A stretch of DNA of 55,643 bases, the filler included, from Jimgerdemannia flammicorona (lineage: Eukaryota), in assembly GCA_003990765.1 (NCBI GenBank). It is 3 parts of 3 records of this genome, joined end to end, with 100 filler letters (N's around TTAATTAATTAA, not from the genome) between each part and the next. Parts side by side here need not be neighbours in the genome. Positions count along the whole stretch, not along the records: positions 1 to 18,483 come from RBNJ01002203.1; positions 18,584 to 37,064 come from RBNJ01002204.1; 1 more part is not named here. The stretch is one strand, 5' to 3'. Below are positions 13,566 to 24,865 of the stretch, one piece after another. The position numbers were made by a program, and so were the translations under genes. How positions within the stretch are numbered: position 1 is the stretch's first letter; the number at the start of each line of letters is the position of its first letter. The notes under the pieces are model-generated. The model was not told the origin of the DNA and did no database searches. It worked only from the letters and a program-made list of their open reading frames with translations.

Positions 13566-14444
13566 TGTGTTGACTATTGGTGGTGGGCCTGTTGGGGTAG
13601 ATTCTCCTGAAGATTGTTCTGCTTGGTGGGGTTGTGATGCTGTATGACTTGGAGTTACTTGATTTCCAGATATTAAGTCAAAGAGTCCTGTGAGAGAGGG
13701 TAAACCAAATCTCTGTATAGGTGGTTGGGTTGGTTCAGGGGTCTGATCTTCTTGACCTATAGTTCCTTGGTAAATTCCTAGTCCTGCTGTTCCTCATTGG
13801 CTATCATCAGACTGGTAACCTATAGAGTCTTTGTCTGACTCCCTTCCCTGATGAGATATTGTGTCCTTGTACTGACTAGATCCTTCAAAGAGGATATCAG
13901 TCTCTGGCTGAGTAGATGAGCCTGCTTCTTGTTCAGCAGTAGGGGATGGGTAGCCTGCTTGCTTGTTCTCATACCTGGTTATGGCAGAGGTATAGTATAC
14001 AACTAGCCTGTAATAGAGGGAGGTCTTGGTTGGGGTATGATGATATCTGTCAGAGGCAATCCACTCGGCAGCTGCTTCTCTTGCAGCAGGGGGTGTGATA
14101 TAATCTAGAAAATCCTGGATAGCTGCAGCAGTAGATTCTGGGGTCCTAGTGGTTCCAATGTGTCCTCGGAGGAGTTTATAGAACCTACAGCAGCTGACAA
14201 TATTCCTAAGTCCTGGGTGATATGTCCTAAAGGCCTGGTATAGATCATTGTAAGCCTGGTCAATTACAAGCTAGTGGGTCCTTGGGTTTGTGGTTTCCTG
14301 GTACTACCTGGTCCTAATGGCAAGGGCTTCTCTGGCTCTGGTTTGAGGATCCACAGTTGTTTCTGGGGGTTACTCCTGTCCAAGGTTGGTCTTGTTCTAA
14401 CTTCAGGAGTATGTTCTTTGGTGCCTTCTTGGCTCGGTAATCTG

Positions 14445-14453
14445 CTGCTACCA
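14445..14453 (-). other. PBS of A1
   Basis: TGGTAGCAG 3 nt after the LTR. Confidence 0.8.
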
Positions 14454-14456
14454 AGT

Positions 14457-15243
14457 TGTAATAACTCTCACTTCTACCCCTCTCTTATCCTTTGGATAAT
14501 TAGGGAAGTGGACTATTACTTAGAGACTTAGTACACTATGTGTACCAAGAAGCCTTCAGTTTGAGGAAGCACTCACTTAAAGTAGTTTGTAGCAGCAGTG
14601 CCTTCTGTTTCAAAGATCTTTCTCTAGTGTGCCCTATCTTTCAAGAGTTTTGTTCTTTGCTGTGCACAGACTAAATTCGCCTTGGAATTTAGGTTCAATG
14701 GGTTTACTTAAGTCTTTGGGGATTTATATACTGGTCTCAGTTCCAGCAGAAGTTAGCTAGGCTTCTGGAGTTTAGTCAGAAACACTAGAGTCACTTAGAT
14801 GTCATTACTAAGACTCAGGGGAATGTGTGTGTGTGGAGGGGACTTGATTCTTGTATCAAGGACTGAACTAAAACTGCTTTATTTTGGATGGAAACTGGGG
14901 GGTATTTATACAAGTTGGTCTGTGATTTCTGACTAAGTATGAGTGACTAATTTGGTAACTATAATGAGGTTTGTGATTACGACCTTTGTCAGGTGGTTTT
15001 TGATAAAGAATAACTTTGTGATCAGGACCTCAATTTCTAGGCAATGATCAGCAGCTGTGGTAACTGTTGCTGCAGCGCCGATTGTTGGGGATAAGCTGGA
15101 TATCATTTTCCGTGCCATTTCGCATCATTTGTCACTCACTATTCATATGTTGCACTTGATCGTATGATGACGTCATCACCGCCGGGTCACGTGATCATTC
15201 ATGATCGCTCGTCGCGTCCCATCTGTTCACTCGTTCTATTACA
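14457..15243 (-). repeat. 5' LTR of A1 (787 bp)
   Basis: Homologous to the A2 LTRs; TGTAATA...TATTACA termini. Confidence 0.95.
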
Positions 15244-18200
15244 ATATCTACCCCCCAGCATTTGGCTGTCAGAATCCAGTCAATCCTCATACCTAGTCCA
15301 TTCACCCAGTGTGTGTAGATCTTCTTTTCTCTCCACTATGTTCTACCTATATCTCCTAAGAAGCTAAGGTTCTCCACCTCCTTCCAAGCATCCAGACCCC
15401 CACTCCTCCCACCTGCACTCTTCTCTCTATCAGTTCTATCCAACCAAAGACTCTGCACCATATTAAAGTCACCTCCCAGAACATCTACTCCTTCCTCCAA
15501 GAAAATACCCTTCTCCAAAAGATCCCTAATCAACCCAATCTGCTCACCTCTAGCCATAGGGCAGTAGTAAGAGCCTACTCTCACTGGCTTCCACTCAGAT
15601 TGATGCCATTCTCCCCAGACCAAATGGTCACCCCAGCTCCTGATTCCACCCAAATCTCCTCTACCCCTCCTCACCAGAATTGCCACTTTGTCAATCCAAG
15701 CTGTAGCTCCTCCCCATTCTCTAGTCCACTCTATCTGATTCTCCTCATTCTCACACTATATGTATATCCTGCAGCAGAAAGAGATCAGCCTCCAATCCCT
15801 TAAGCCAAGTAAAAATGTTCTTATACTGCCCAGATCCCCTTAACCCATTCACATTCAGAGAGAAAATGTTAGTTATACTATTCATAATGAATAATATTAA
15901 ATATCAAGCTCATCCTCTACAAATCTGCATTCAACCTCTCCTGTACCAAGTCCAAGATATGTTCAGTAGCCAGTTTCTCCTCTTCAGCCATCTTTGCCTC
16001 CAGCCCAACCAGAAGCTCAGCTATCTCCCCATCCTCTTTATCCTCGAAGTCCTCATGATACTCCAGGCATGCCTCTTGCCAGAGTTGTAAACTATGCTGC
16101 TCTGCCCAATAGTAGGCAGCCCACTCACCAGCAACAACTGCCAGCTCAGCCTTCCTCTCCTCATCAACCTCATATCCCTCCTTCTTCAGGAAAATAGCAA
16201 GTACCTCTGCCTTCAGCACCTCCACCACCCCATCTCTATACAGAATCCATGCCCAATGCTCCTTACTTATTACTCTCAGATCCACATCCCCCAACTCCTC
16301 AGCTGTAAAGTTATCTATCATCTGGCTCATCTACAGCAGGTTTCCCACCTTCTTCCCTCCTGGTATCCCCAGTCTTCCCACATCCAGCATCATGATATCT
16401 GCCCCTACACTAGCAGTTCCTCCTCTGGGACATCCACCAGCTCATCCTCACTAATCACCACCACCTGTTCTCCTTTTGCCATATCAGGAACTCCAAAGTG
16501 TACTTGCTGAATGCTCCACATCAGCTCATTCTCTGCCACCCAACCCCTTGCAGCAAGACCTTGTCTGACTAGAGAGAGAGTATCTTTCAAGACTAGCTCC
16601 CAGACTTTGAATGTACCATCAGCAAAAGGGTCCTTATGCAGCATCTTTCTGGCCCCATCCAGGCCCTCCTCTACATCTTCTCCTCTCTTACTAGCCCAGA
16701 CACTCACCTCTATGTCCCCAGACTTCTCTGTGCTCCCAGCATTCTTCTTCGCCCCTTCTTCTATGCTCACCAGCAGCTTCCTCTGCTTCTTGTACCCTTG
16801 AGCTCTCCCCCACTACCTCTTGTCAGTGCAAATATATTTCCCATCTACAATCTCCAAATGTGTCAACTCTACATACAACTTCCAGGCCTTTGCCCTCTAC
16901 TCTACTGCCCCACTCATCTCCTCTAGAGCCTCCAACAAGTTCTCCTCCTCCTCTTCACTCTCTTTCACTCTTGACACCTTACAGATAAAAGCCCCCCACA
17001 TTATCACCAAAGGCCAGTCACTCATCTTCTCTGTGGCCTCTCTCCCAGCCAGTTTAATTCTGACATCCACATCTCCTATCCTGAAAGTGGTCCCCTCCTA
17101 CATCTGGAAACTAATATTGACCACATCACTATACTCTATCATCACCTCCTCCACCCTTCTCCTAGTCTCAACCTTTGTCACTATAGGTACCCCCTTTACC
17201 AGTAACTGAACCACTCTGGGGTCCCATCTCAAGCACTACACCATAGGGACCACTACCTTATCAATAGCTACTCTAGATTTCAATGCTTTCTCCAGCAGGT
17301 CTGCCTCCTCAAATCCCACTTCAACTCTCTTCAGTTCCTTCAGGAACTTCACCAAGGCAGCTCCAGCCACCTGTTCTGAGATAATCCCCAGAACCATCCT
17401 CACTTTCACAGCTAAGCCCCAGAAGCACAAGATTGCTACAAACTCTGAGATTGACTTCTTGAGTAACAGTGGCACCACTACCCCCATCATACCATTGGCC
17501 AGGTCCCCCTTCCTCTTTGGGCCCATCTGTCCAGCCATATCATCAATAGTTATATCTGGATTTTTTTCCAAATTCCCAGTCTCGCCACTATCAGCAGTCC
17601 CCCCCCCTACTCTCATCTACTGCTCCACTAGCCCTTCCCTCTACCAGCTGAGGTCCAGCACCTCCCACTTCTCCTTCCCTCTGCTTTCTCTTCCCCTCCA
17701 TCTGTCCACTATGAGATCCAATAGGCCATCCACTATTCTTCAATGTATTGGCAAAGCTCCTCTCTTGCTGCCCTCCTACCCCTCCCCCAGTGCTACTACT
17801 ACTGCCTGAACTGCCCTGCCCACTCAGACCACCAAACAACCCCATCACTAATCTATACCCATGTCCAACATATTGCCAGTTGAAGGCTCCAGGTCCACCT
17901 GACCTAGTATGTATATTAGCTTGCTTGTTGGTTGCCATTGTCTTAGTACCTTTCTCTAATAAATGCTTGAAAGTATGTTGTAAAAGTGTGTATAACATGA
18001 GTGGTAACTGCTCTGCTCTTCCTCCTCCTCACTCCCCTTCACTCTCATCACCTTGCTTAAGAAAGCCCCCCAAACCATCACCAAAGGTCAGTTATTAGCC
18101 TTCTCTGTAGCCTCCTTCCCCATCAGTTAAATCCTAATATCAACATCCCTAGTCCTGAACAAGATCTCCTCTCAGACCCGGAATCCAACATCAACTACCT

Positions 18201-18483
18201 CACCATACTTAGCCAAGACCTCCTCCACTCATCTCCTCATCTCTATAGCAGTCACTATGAGCACTCCTTTCACTAGAAGTTGCACCACTCTGGGGTCTCA
18301 TCTCAAGTACTATACCATCAGAACACACACCTCCCCAGTAATCAACCCTGTCTTCAGCATAGCTTCCAATGGCTCAGCCTCCTCAAAGCCCACCTCTACC
18401 CCTTCTAAGCCCTTCAGGAACTTCACTGACACTACTCCATCTATCTGCTTTGCAATCAGCTCCAGGACCATTTTCACCATCAC
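15244..18483 (-). mobile_element. Degenerate L1/Tx1-like non-LTR retrotransposon: ORF1 region plus AP-endonuclease start of ORF2, interrupted by A1
   Basis: ORF2 ATG 15885 reads MNSITNIFSLNVNGLRG...(fs)LLQDIH...VLGGDFN (APE motifs); upstream frame stops at 15917; RRM-like ORF1 segments (VQLLVKGVP...YGEVVDV). Confidence 0.8.
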
Positions 18484-18583
18484 NNNNNNNNNNNNNNNNN
18501 NNNNNNNNNNNNNNNNNNNNNNNNNNNTTAATTAATTAANNNNNNNNNNNNNNNNNNNNNNNNNNNNNNNNNNNNNNNNNNNN
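18484..18583. other. Assembly gap with TTAATTAATTAA linker
   Basis: 44 N + TTAATTAATTAA + 44 N. Confidence 0.98.
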
Positions 18584-18927
18584 AAAAAAACCCCCGCCAT
18601 GCCATAAGCCGTTTCATTTCTTTCTTTTATATGCATCATCTATTTTGCAATATCAATGTAGCAAAGCAACGGTACAACGTCGTATAAAAATTGGTATGCC
18701 AATATTCCTCCTACGATCCCGATAGCCAAACGACGTTTATACAGTAACAAAAATCGTCTACATTTTGGAGGGTTCTGCCGTATAAGAATATTCGCCATCG
18801 CCTACCAGTGAAACAGGAAAAAAAAGGAGCAACCTCCTTTTGTCTACTCATCTCATTATCCATGACTGGCTTCGAAATGCCTAATCACCTCACTCCCCCC
18901 AGGAGCCTCCTCAAATACACAGACAAA

Positions 18928-20289
18928 TTACACCATCTCGGACTCCCATTCACCCCTAACCCACAAGGCATCTCCTGGCCTCTGCACTGGCAACCTACTG
19001 AACCCCATCTCCCACAACCTAGCCCACAACCACCTCGGCGTCTCCAACTGAGCTGACACATGCAGCGCGCGCATCTCGGGACACCCACCCACCACGCGCG
19101 TCACAAACCCCGGGTCTACATTTTCGCACCTTGGCATCCGCAACGATCTGAGCTCGGGAGCCTGCATGGTCTTCGGGACGCCATCGCGACCCATCAGAGC
19201 CGTGCACCCCGACAGATCGAGCCTGCGCAGAACCGGCATGAATAGCCGTACGAGCGGAGCGAGGAAGTTGGTGTCCGTTAGCTCCGTCTCCAGGTCTTGT
19301 AGTGTTAGGTTCGTGAGTGTTTCAGCGCGGGAGACGATGAGGGTCACAAGGGCCCGCGCAAAATGGTCTGGTTCGGTGGGTAGAGTGCGTGCGCGGAACA
19401 GGGAGATGTCCGGGCGGTCTGGGTAGCCTTGTAGGTGAAGGGTTTGAAGGCCAGGAGCGCTAGTGGTCAGGACGGTGATGACGGGGAGAAGGTCGATCGT
19501 TGGGCAGCGCAGAATGAAGGTGCGGAGGGAGGGGTAATCGGGGAGGAGCGTCGGAAGTGGACTTGGGACGGAGCTCGTCGGGAAGGTTGTCCATTCGAGG
19601 ATCAGGGTTTCGAGGTTTATGCAGGTGGCGAGAGGCAGGAGGAGCGTTGGATCGCATTGCAGGTAGGAGAGAGTGAGGTGGCGTAGGGTTGGGGCGACGG
19701 ATTGAACGAGGGGCACGAGCGGGCTAGGCGAGGAGGGGGAAGGTGTCACAGTATCTGTGGCAGAGCCGCGAAGGTTTTGAATATTTATAACCGTTGATCC
19801 GCGTGCGGCCCTTGCGAGACGCTCAAAGAACCCCTTTGTCTGTCCAAGCGCGACCTTACTCTGCACGCCATTCAGATCGATCTTCAGGCATCTTAGGCCG
19901 GATCCCGAAAGCCCCTCCACAACCCTCACCATGGCATCCGCGCGTCCCTCCACAAATAGCTCCGGTACATCGCGCTTCCGGAACATGCCGCGCGGGAGGC
20001 CGACGGTAACCTCACGGATGAGGGAGGCCGTGCGGAAGATGTGTGCGCCGACGTCTGAGAAGATACGCGCCAGACGATCAAGATCGGCGTCTGTGTAATT
20101 GTCGAGCACTAAAGCGGACAAGCGTGGGCGAGCGACGATGAAAGAGAGCGCACACCCATTCCACAGACGGCAGGTTACGCTACAGGCGAGAAGATCGACT
20201 AAACTCGTGGGGGTATGGTTTCGGGAGACGATGAGGAAGATCTCGTGGAGGAGATCGGGAATGAGTTCGGGGTGTTGTGGTGGCTGCAT
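18928..20289 (-). CDS. F-box-like plus RNI-type leucine-rich repeat protein, 453 aa, intronless
   Basis: N-terminal LIPDLLHEIF...LLACSVTCRLWN; repeated LxxLxL units (LRHLTLSY, LETLILEW, LQTLHLQG, LRRLDLSGC, LRSLRMPRC). Confidence 0.85.
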   Translation of the reverse strand: MQPPQHPELIPDLLHEIFLIVSRNHTPTSLVDLLACSVTCRLWNGCALSFIVARPRLSALVLDNYTDADLDRLARIFSDVGAHIFRTASLIREVTVGLPRGMFRKRDVPELFVEGRADAMVRVVEGLSGSGLRCLKIDLNGVQSKVALGQTKGFFERLARAARGSTVINIQNLRGSATDTVTPSPSSPSPLVPLVQSVAPTLRHLTLSYLQCDPTLLLPLATCINLETLILEWTTFPTSSVPSPLPTLLPDYPSLRTFILRCPTIDLLPVITVLTTSAPGLQTLHLQGYPDRPDISLFRARTLPTEPDHFARALVTLIVSRAETLTNLTLQDLETELTDTNFLAPLVRLFMPVLRRLDLSGCTALMGRDGVPKTMQAPELRSLRMPRCENVDPGFVTRVVGGCPEMRALHVSAQLETPRWLWARLWEMGFSRLPVQRPGDALWVRGEWESEMV

Positions 20290-20492
20290 CTTGGAGTGAA
20301 CTCACATCAAGCCACCGAGTGTGACGTGGACCAAAAGATTGAAACACGTCATAAAGGGGAATTCAATTTATATTATGATGGCTTATAGTCACATACATGT
20401 GCCACATGGGCTATTACGATTAGCATTATTGAATTACATGGTTTGCAGGAAGGAATTTATATAGCCAAACATATCGACAAAAAAATTGTTTC

Positions 20493-21398
20493 TTACACCT
20501 GATCACGTCCACAAACCCCCAGATATTTCAGCCACCTCCTCACAGTCTTCAAACGTTTCTTCCATCTCACTCGCCTCCGCTTCTCCTTCTCCTCCATCCC
20601 ACTACACATCTCAAACGTCACGCTCACGACCTTCCCTTTCCTCTGCTCCGCCAACGCCCGTAATGCATGATCCATGATATCACAACACACGAACAATACT
20701 TCTCTCATCCTCGGCATCCCATCCATTAACAATGTCGCGACGGGATCGTCCGCCGCATACTCGGGGTCATTATAATCCACCGCGAACCCAACAACGCCTT
20801 CCTCCCACCCATCCAGTCGCCGCCGCGTCTCGAACGTCCACCCATCGCACTCCGCTTCGTACCGGAACAGTCCAAAATTCCACACCTCCACCGTCTCCAC
20901 ATCGCTCGCCAGAGTCGCTACCGTGCGCAAGAATGGTATTGAACGCCGACCGTCAGCCATGCTACACACGTCCGAAAAATCTAGAACGAGCGTCATGGGA
21001 TGCACCGCCGCGAGTAGCTCGACCACAGCAGATTCTACTTCGCCTTGGCCTTTGATGTCGTCGTCTGATCGCGCGGTGTATACAGTACCCACATGGATCG
21101 TTACGCGACGCACGGTGCGCACCAGAAACGGTGCCACGTGATTGGAGTCGCCCAGTAGCGAGGCGAGGTGCGTCATGGAGTCGACGTCGAAGTCTTGAAG
21201 GTCCAGATGGGCCAGCTCTGGGAGGAGAAAGTCGAGGACGGCGCGATGCCACGTGCGATTAACGAGCGCGCAGGTGAGGAGGGTGAGAAGTTGAGGGGTG
21301 ATCGCATCCGGGGTGGTGTGGAAGTAAGTGAAGAGGATTGGGAGAAGACCTGGCGGGAAAGCGACCACGTTTGGTTGTGTTCGTGATGCAGGGTCCAT
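20493..21398 (-). CDS. F-box-like protein, 301 aa, tandem paralog of 18928-20289
   Basis: FPPGLLPILFTYF...LLTCALVNRTWHRAVL; following segment (LDLQDF...LVRTVRRVTI) parallels the neighbour (LVLDNY...LIREVTV). Confidence 0.75.
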   Translation of the reverse strand: MDPASRTQPNVVAFPPGLLPILFTYFHTTPDAITPQLLTLLTCALVNRTWHRAVLDFLLPELAHLDLQDFDVDSMTHLASLLGDSNHVAPFLVRTVRRVTIHVGTVYTARSDDDIKGQGEVESAVVELLAAVHPMTLVLDFSDVCSMADGRRSIPFLRTVATLASDVETVEVWNFGLFRYEAECDGWTFETRRRLDGWEEGVVGFAVDYNDPEYAADDPVATLLMDGMPRMREVLFVCCDIMDHALRALAEQRKGKVVSVTFEMCSGMEEKEKRRRVRWKKRLKTVRRWLKYLGVCGRDQV

Positions 21399-21903
21399 AG
21401 CATGGTTTTGGATGGAATTTAGTCGTTTGGAGACGCATTTTATCTACCCCCACGACGGCGCCAAGACATTTTCATCGCCAAGAATTTTTCGTAAATTGGG
21501 AGACACGCCGTTGGATTCCGGATCGGGTTTCTATGTGCATCACGTAACGTATTTCGGAAGAGGTTCTCAGGCCAAGGATTGAATACCTTGGGGTCCACGG
21601 TAAAGTGTACCAGAGGAGGTAGTCACGTAAAATTTTTGGGAGAGAATTCGAACAAAAAACAATCAATCAAAGCGGTGGAAGAGAGTTTAGAGAGCCGAAC
21701 CACAACGAAACAGCACACGAGTTCAGAAAATGGTCCACGTTTTTTTGGTCTTGACGGGGAAGTGCCGTTTACAATCACGCTCCATGAAGATGGACAAATT
21801 GTTGTAAAAAAAAAGATATATATTATTGGGTAGCAGCAGTGACACGAACTAATTGGTATGTACGACAAAGAAATGTAAGCTACTATATAGGCTCCAATCC
21901 ACC

Positions 21904-21977
21904 TATCGTCCTCTCTCCATCATATCGTCCTCTCTCCATCATATCGTCCTCTCTCCATCATATCGTCCTCTCCATCA
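21904..21977 (+). repeat. 19-bp minisatellite x~4
   Basis: TATCGTCCTCTCTCCATCA in tandem. Confidence 0.9.
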
Positions 21978-22006
21978 CCATCTACACTCAACGCTCCTTC
22001 ATCCCC

Positions 22007-22300
22007 TCACCATCCCCACCCAGGCACTGCTGTCCTCAACAGATGCCTATCAAGCTTCTCGCCTGGCACATGCATGGTCATATACCGCGGGCACACAACC
22101 GCGCCCAAGAACGGGCCAAGGTCGACGGTAATGTTTCGGTGGGCCTGATAGGCGTCTTCGATGACATGAGCGTGCTCTGCAGGGAATTGCGTCCAGCCCC
22201 ACTTGCCCGGGACGCTGTGCAACCAGAGGATCTCAATGTCGGACCGGCGCCTGGCCTCGGTACTGGGCGAGTGGGGCGGAGTGAGAGGTGGGGTCACCAT
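22007..22300 (-). CDS. Small stand-alone WWE-domain-like protein, 97 aa
   Basis: WLH...WGWTQF....HVIEDAYQ...VDL....AVVCPRYMTM.....RHLLR follows the W..W..IE.AY....M.....R..R WWE pattern. Confidence 0.6.
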   Translation of the reverse strand: MVTPPLTPPHSPSTEARRRSDIEILWLHSVPGKWGWTQFPAEHAHVIEDAYQAHRNITVDLGPFLGAVVCPRYMTMHVPGEKLDRHLLRTAVPGWGW

Positions 22301-22969
22301 TGCAAATGCGGTGGAGTAAGGGAGGGAGAGGATTGAGGAAGGGTTTTAGTTCTGTGGGCCTTGGCGCGGGATTACTGGCGTGCAGCAGCGTGAGAGACAT
22401 GGAGTGGGGAGGGGGGTAGATTATCTTTTATTATCTTATCTATGTGGCATGCTGTTGGCCACGGGCTCGTGCAAGTTTCGGCCATGTGTTGTGAAATAGG
22501 CGAAATAGGTCAATGTCTCAATGTCTCTGGCCCTGGGTCACGATGACTGTCCTGTGCCACGTGGCCTGGCCTTATTACCCATCAACTTGATCTTGACAGC
22601 GTTGAACCACTAACCACAGCAATACACCTTCTGTAACATTGCATGATTGGCTATAAATGTTTATAAAAATAAATAGCCGCGCCCCCTCCCCCCTTTTTAT
22701 TTACCAATATTGGGAGCAATTTATTTTGACTGTTATGCACGGGGCAGATGACAAGCGTAGTTGGTGTGGCGCGTTGGGCACAAAAAAAAAAAAAAAAATC
22801 TTTCACTGACGAATCTCGTCATTTGATTTGAATGATTTGAATGACGTCCGCGCACACACCATTTTGAACCCCCACCAAAAGCTACCATTATCTCCTATTC
22901 GGTGTCCAAGAGTCCGAATTCGTTGAAGGATACTGAGGGACGTAATTAGAATTATATCTTCCGATTTCA

Positions 22970-23390
22970 ATGGCCCAAACACCGTCGGCCGACAAAACAA
23001 GGGCCCAGCGTCTCCTCCTCACCGCCGCCATGCTGGGTTACGAGCTCGGACTCGAAGACGAATCGGCAATTTTCCGAGCCGCGGATCCGCAACTGGCTAG
23101 GACGCCATCTGGCTAGGACGCCATCTCGCAGGACGGCGCAGGCGCAGGCGCAGGCGGGCGAACCACGAAAAGCCCGACTGCTGCTAACGGCGATAATGCT
23201 AGGATATGCGCTCGGGCTCGAGGACGACGCCGATATTCTCAGAGCTGCCAACCCCCGACGGACGAGAAAGCGGTCGTTGGCTTCTCGGAAAGGAAGGGAA
23301 ATGGAGTGGCGCCTGAGCAGGGAGAGCGGAAAGGTGGACTGGAAGAAGAGGAAGAACCAGATCGCAGACGTCGTCGGTTATCGATTTCAG
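22970..23390 (+). pseudogene. Unknown protein with two ~27-aa repeats, frameshifted by a 16-bp duplication
   Basis: RLLLTAAMLGYELGLEDESAIFRAADP and RLLLTAIMLGYALGLEDDADILRAANP; in frame once one copy of CTGGCTAGGACGCCAT (23093-23124) is removed; 3' end uncertain. Confidence 0.6.
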
Positions 23391-24469
23391 GTTTGCGTGT
23401 CAATCAAACGATGGGCACGCCTGCTAGGTTGTCGTGATGTAGGGAAGGAGCAAGAAAGTGCAGAAGCGAATGTCGAAGCGTGTATGTCAAATTGGAGTTT
23501 TTTTCTTCTTCCCCTTTCCTCATTCGCGATGCTGGTGAAAGTATTGCTTGTAATTATTTCCTATTTTTCTCGTCATTTTTCAACTCAAATTATCTCTGTG
23601 ACTAATTCAATTTTGAATAACGCCCTTACATCCGCAAGTCGAACCTTGTATTTTGAAATCGCCGTTGAAAGAAGATTATATTTCTTTGATAGATGTGCGC
23701 TCACGAATTGGAGTATCTTTTCGAATGGGATCGTTGGGGTTGACGCTACCGAGATGAGCTGGTTGCAGTTAATTTACCTTACGACCACCACTTTATCCCA
23801 TAAGTGAAAGCGGAAGGAACTGGTCGTCACGGTATATCGTTTGCCTGTAACCGATCCGAAATTCGTTATATTTTATGCTGCGGCTGGTCACTTCCAGTCA
23901 TTCTTATTCATCAGAGAATGCAATCGACTGCTCCGACCGGTAATGCTTCGATTTCCACTGTTTACAGATGCCAATGGGTCACGATGACAGCCGATACTAT
24001 GAGCTTCTCTTCATAAAATTGGCCAATATCAGATGTCGAGGTTCACAAAATAAAATAAAATAGTATCTCAACACGAAGAAATGAATGACCAAATGCTGTG
24101 CAGAAATGATATTTCAAATATGCGAGGACAGTCCATATCGCAGATTTGCAGGAGCTGCACCCAGGGGATTTTCGCAGAGAGGGTCAAAAGAGCAAATTTT
24201 TTTTTTGAAAGGCCCCACTTGCCACCGGTTTCGTTTACTGTAGATATGACCGCTTGGGCATTGGCATCAGCTGAGTGACTTCTGCTAATTCTCGGCCTAC
24301 TGTGCGGGTATTCGAAAAAGCTGTTGATACGTTCATCATTCTGTGCCTTGTCACTTGCAAGCCTTGCCTATTACCCTGGTAGCCACAAGGACTAGCCATA
24401 TACTGCGCCCTTGTATTTTGTATAAATACTCTAGCAATTTGTCTGAATAAATGACAGTTCGAAAGCTCA

Positions 24470-24865
24470 GTGAAAACAACTAAGCGCAGAATGACGATAG
24501 ACAGAACGACGATTAATGATGGCAAAGTGCAGAACGATGTTGCCAACCAAGTGACGATGATGGCGACTAAACACGGAATGATGAACAGAACGGCGATAAT
24601 GACGGCTAAGCACAGAACGATGTTGATGGCGACTAAGCGACGATGGTGGCGACTAAGCACAGATCGATGGACAGAACGGCGATAATGACGGCTAAGCACA
24701 GGACGACGTTGATAGCGACTAAGCGACGGTGATGGCGATTAAGCATAGAACAACGAATAACAACAGAATAAACCACGACGTAAGCACAGAACAAAGAATG
24801 ACGGCTAAGTGCAGAACGACGTAAGCACAGAACAATGAATGACGGCTAAGTGCAGAACGACGATG
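24470..24865 (+). repeat. Degenerate tandem repeat array (core GACTAAGCACAGAACGA), including a 41-bp near-perfect pair at 24775-24856
   Basis: Recurrent (G/C)TAAGCACAGAACGA and ATGACGGCTAAG units. Confidence 0.75.

Larger units (their letters stand above)
1..15243 (-). mobile_element. Ty3/Gypsy LTR retrotransposon, family A, outer copy (A1); interrupted by nested copy A2; 3' end lies outside the window
   Basis: 5' LTR 14457-15243, PBS, gag-dUTPase-PR-RT 13565->10990, RT-RH-IN resumes 1802->1; the RT motif MCIDYRALN is split exactly at the insertion. Confidence 0.95.

Noticed and set aside
447..14531. Plus-strand ORFs antisense to gag-pol (e.g. 447-764, 7232-7795, 11550-12008)
   Set aside because: Shadows of the coding strand; their similarity reflects the duplicated element
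18484..18583. TTAATTAATTAA palindrome (also at 37109-37120)
   Set aside because: Centred in N-runs: a scaffolding linker, not biology; adjacency across the gaps is not guaranteed
24235..24699. 154-aa hydrophobic ORF
   Set aside because: Product of the low-complexity repeat array
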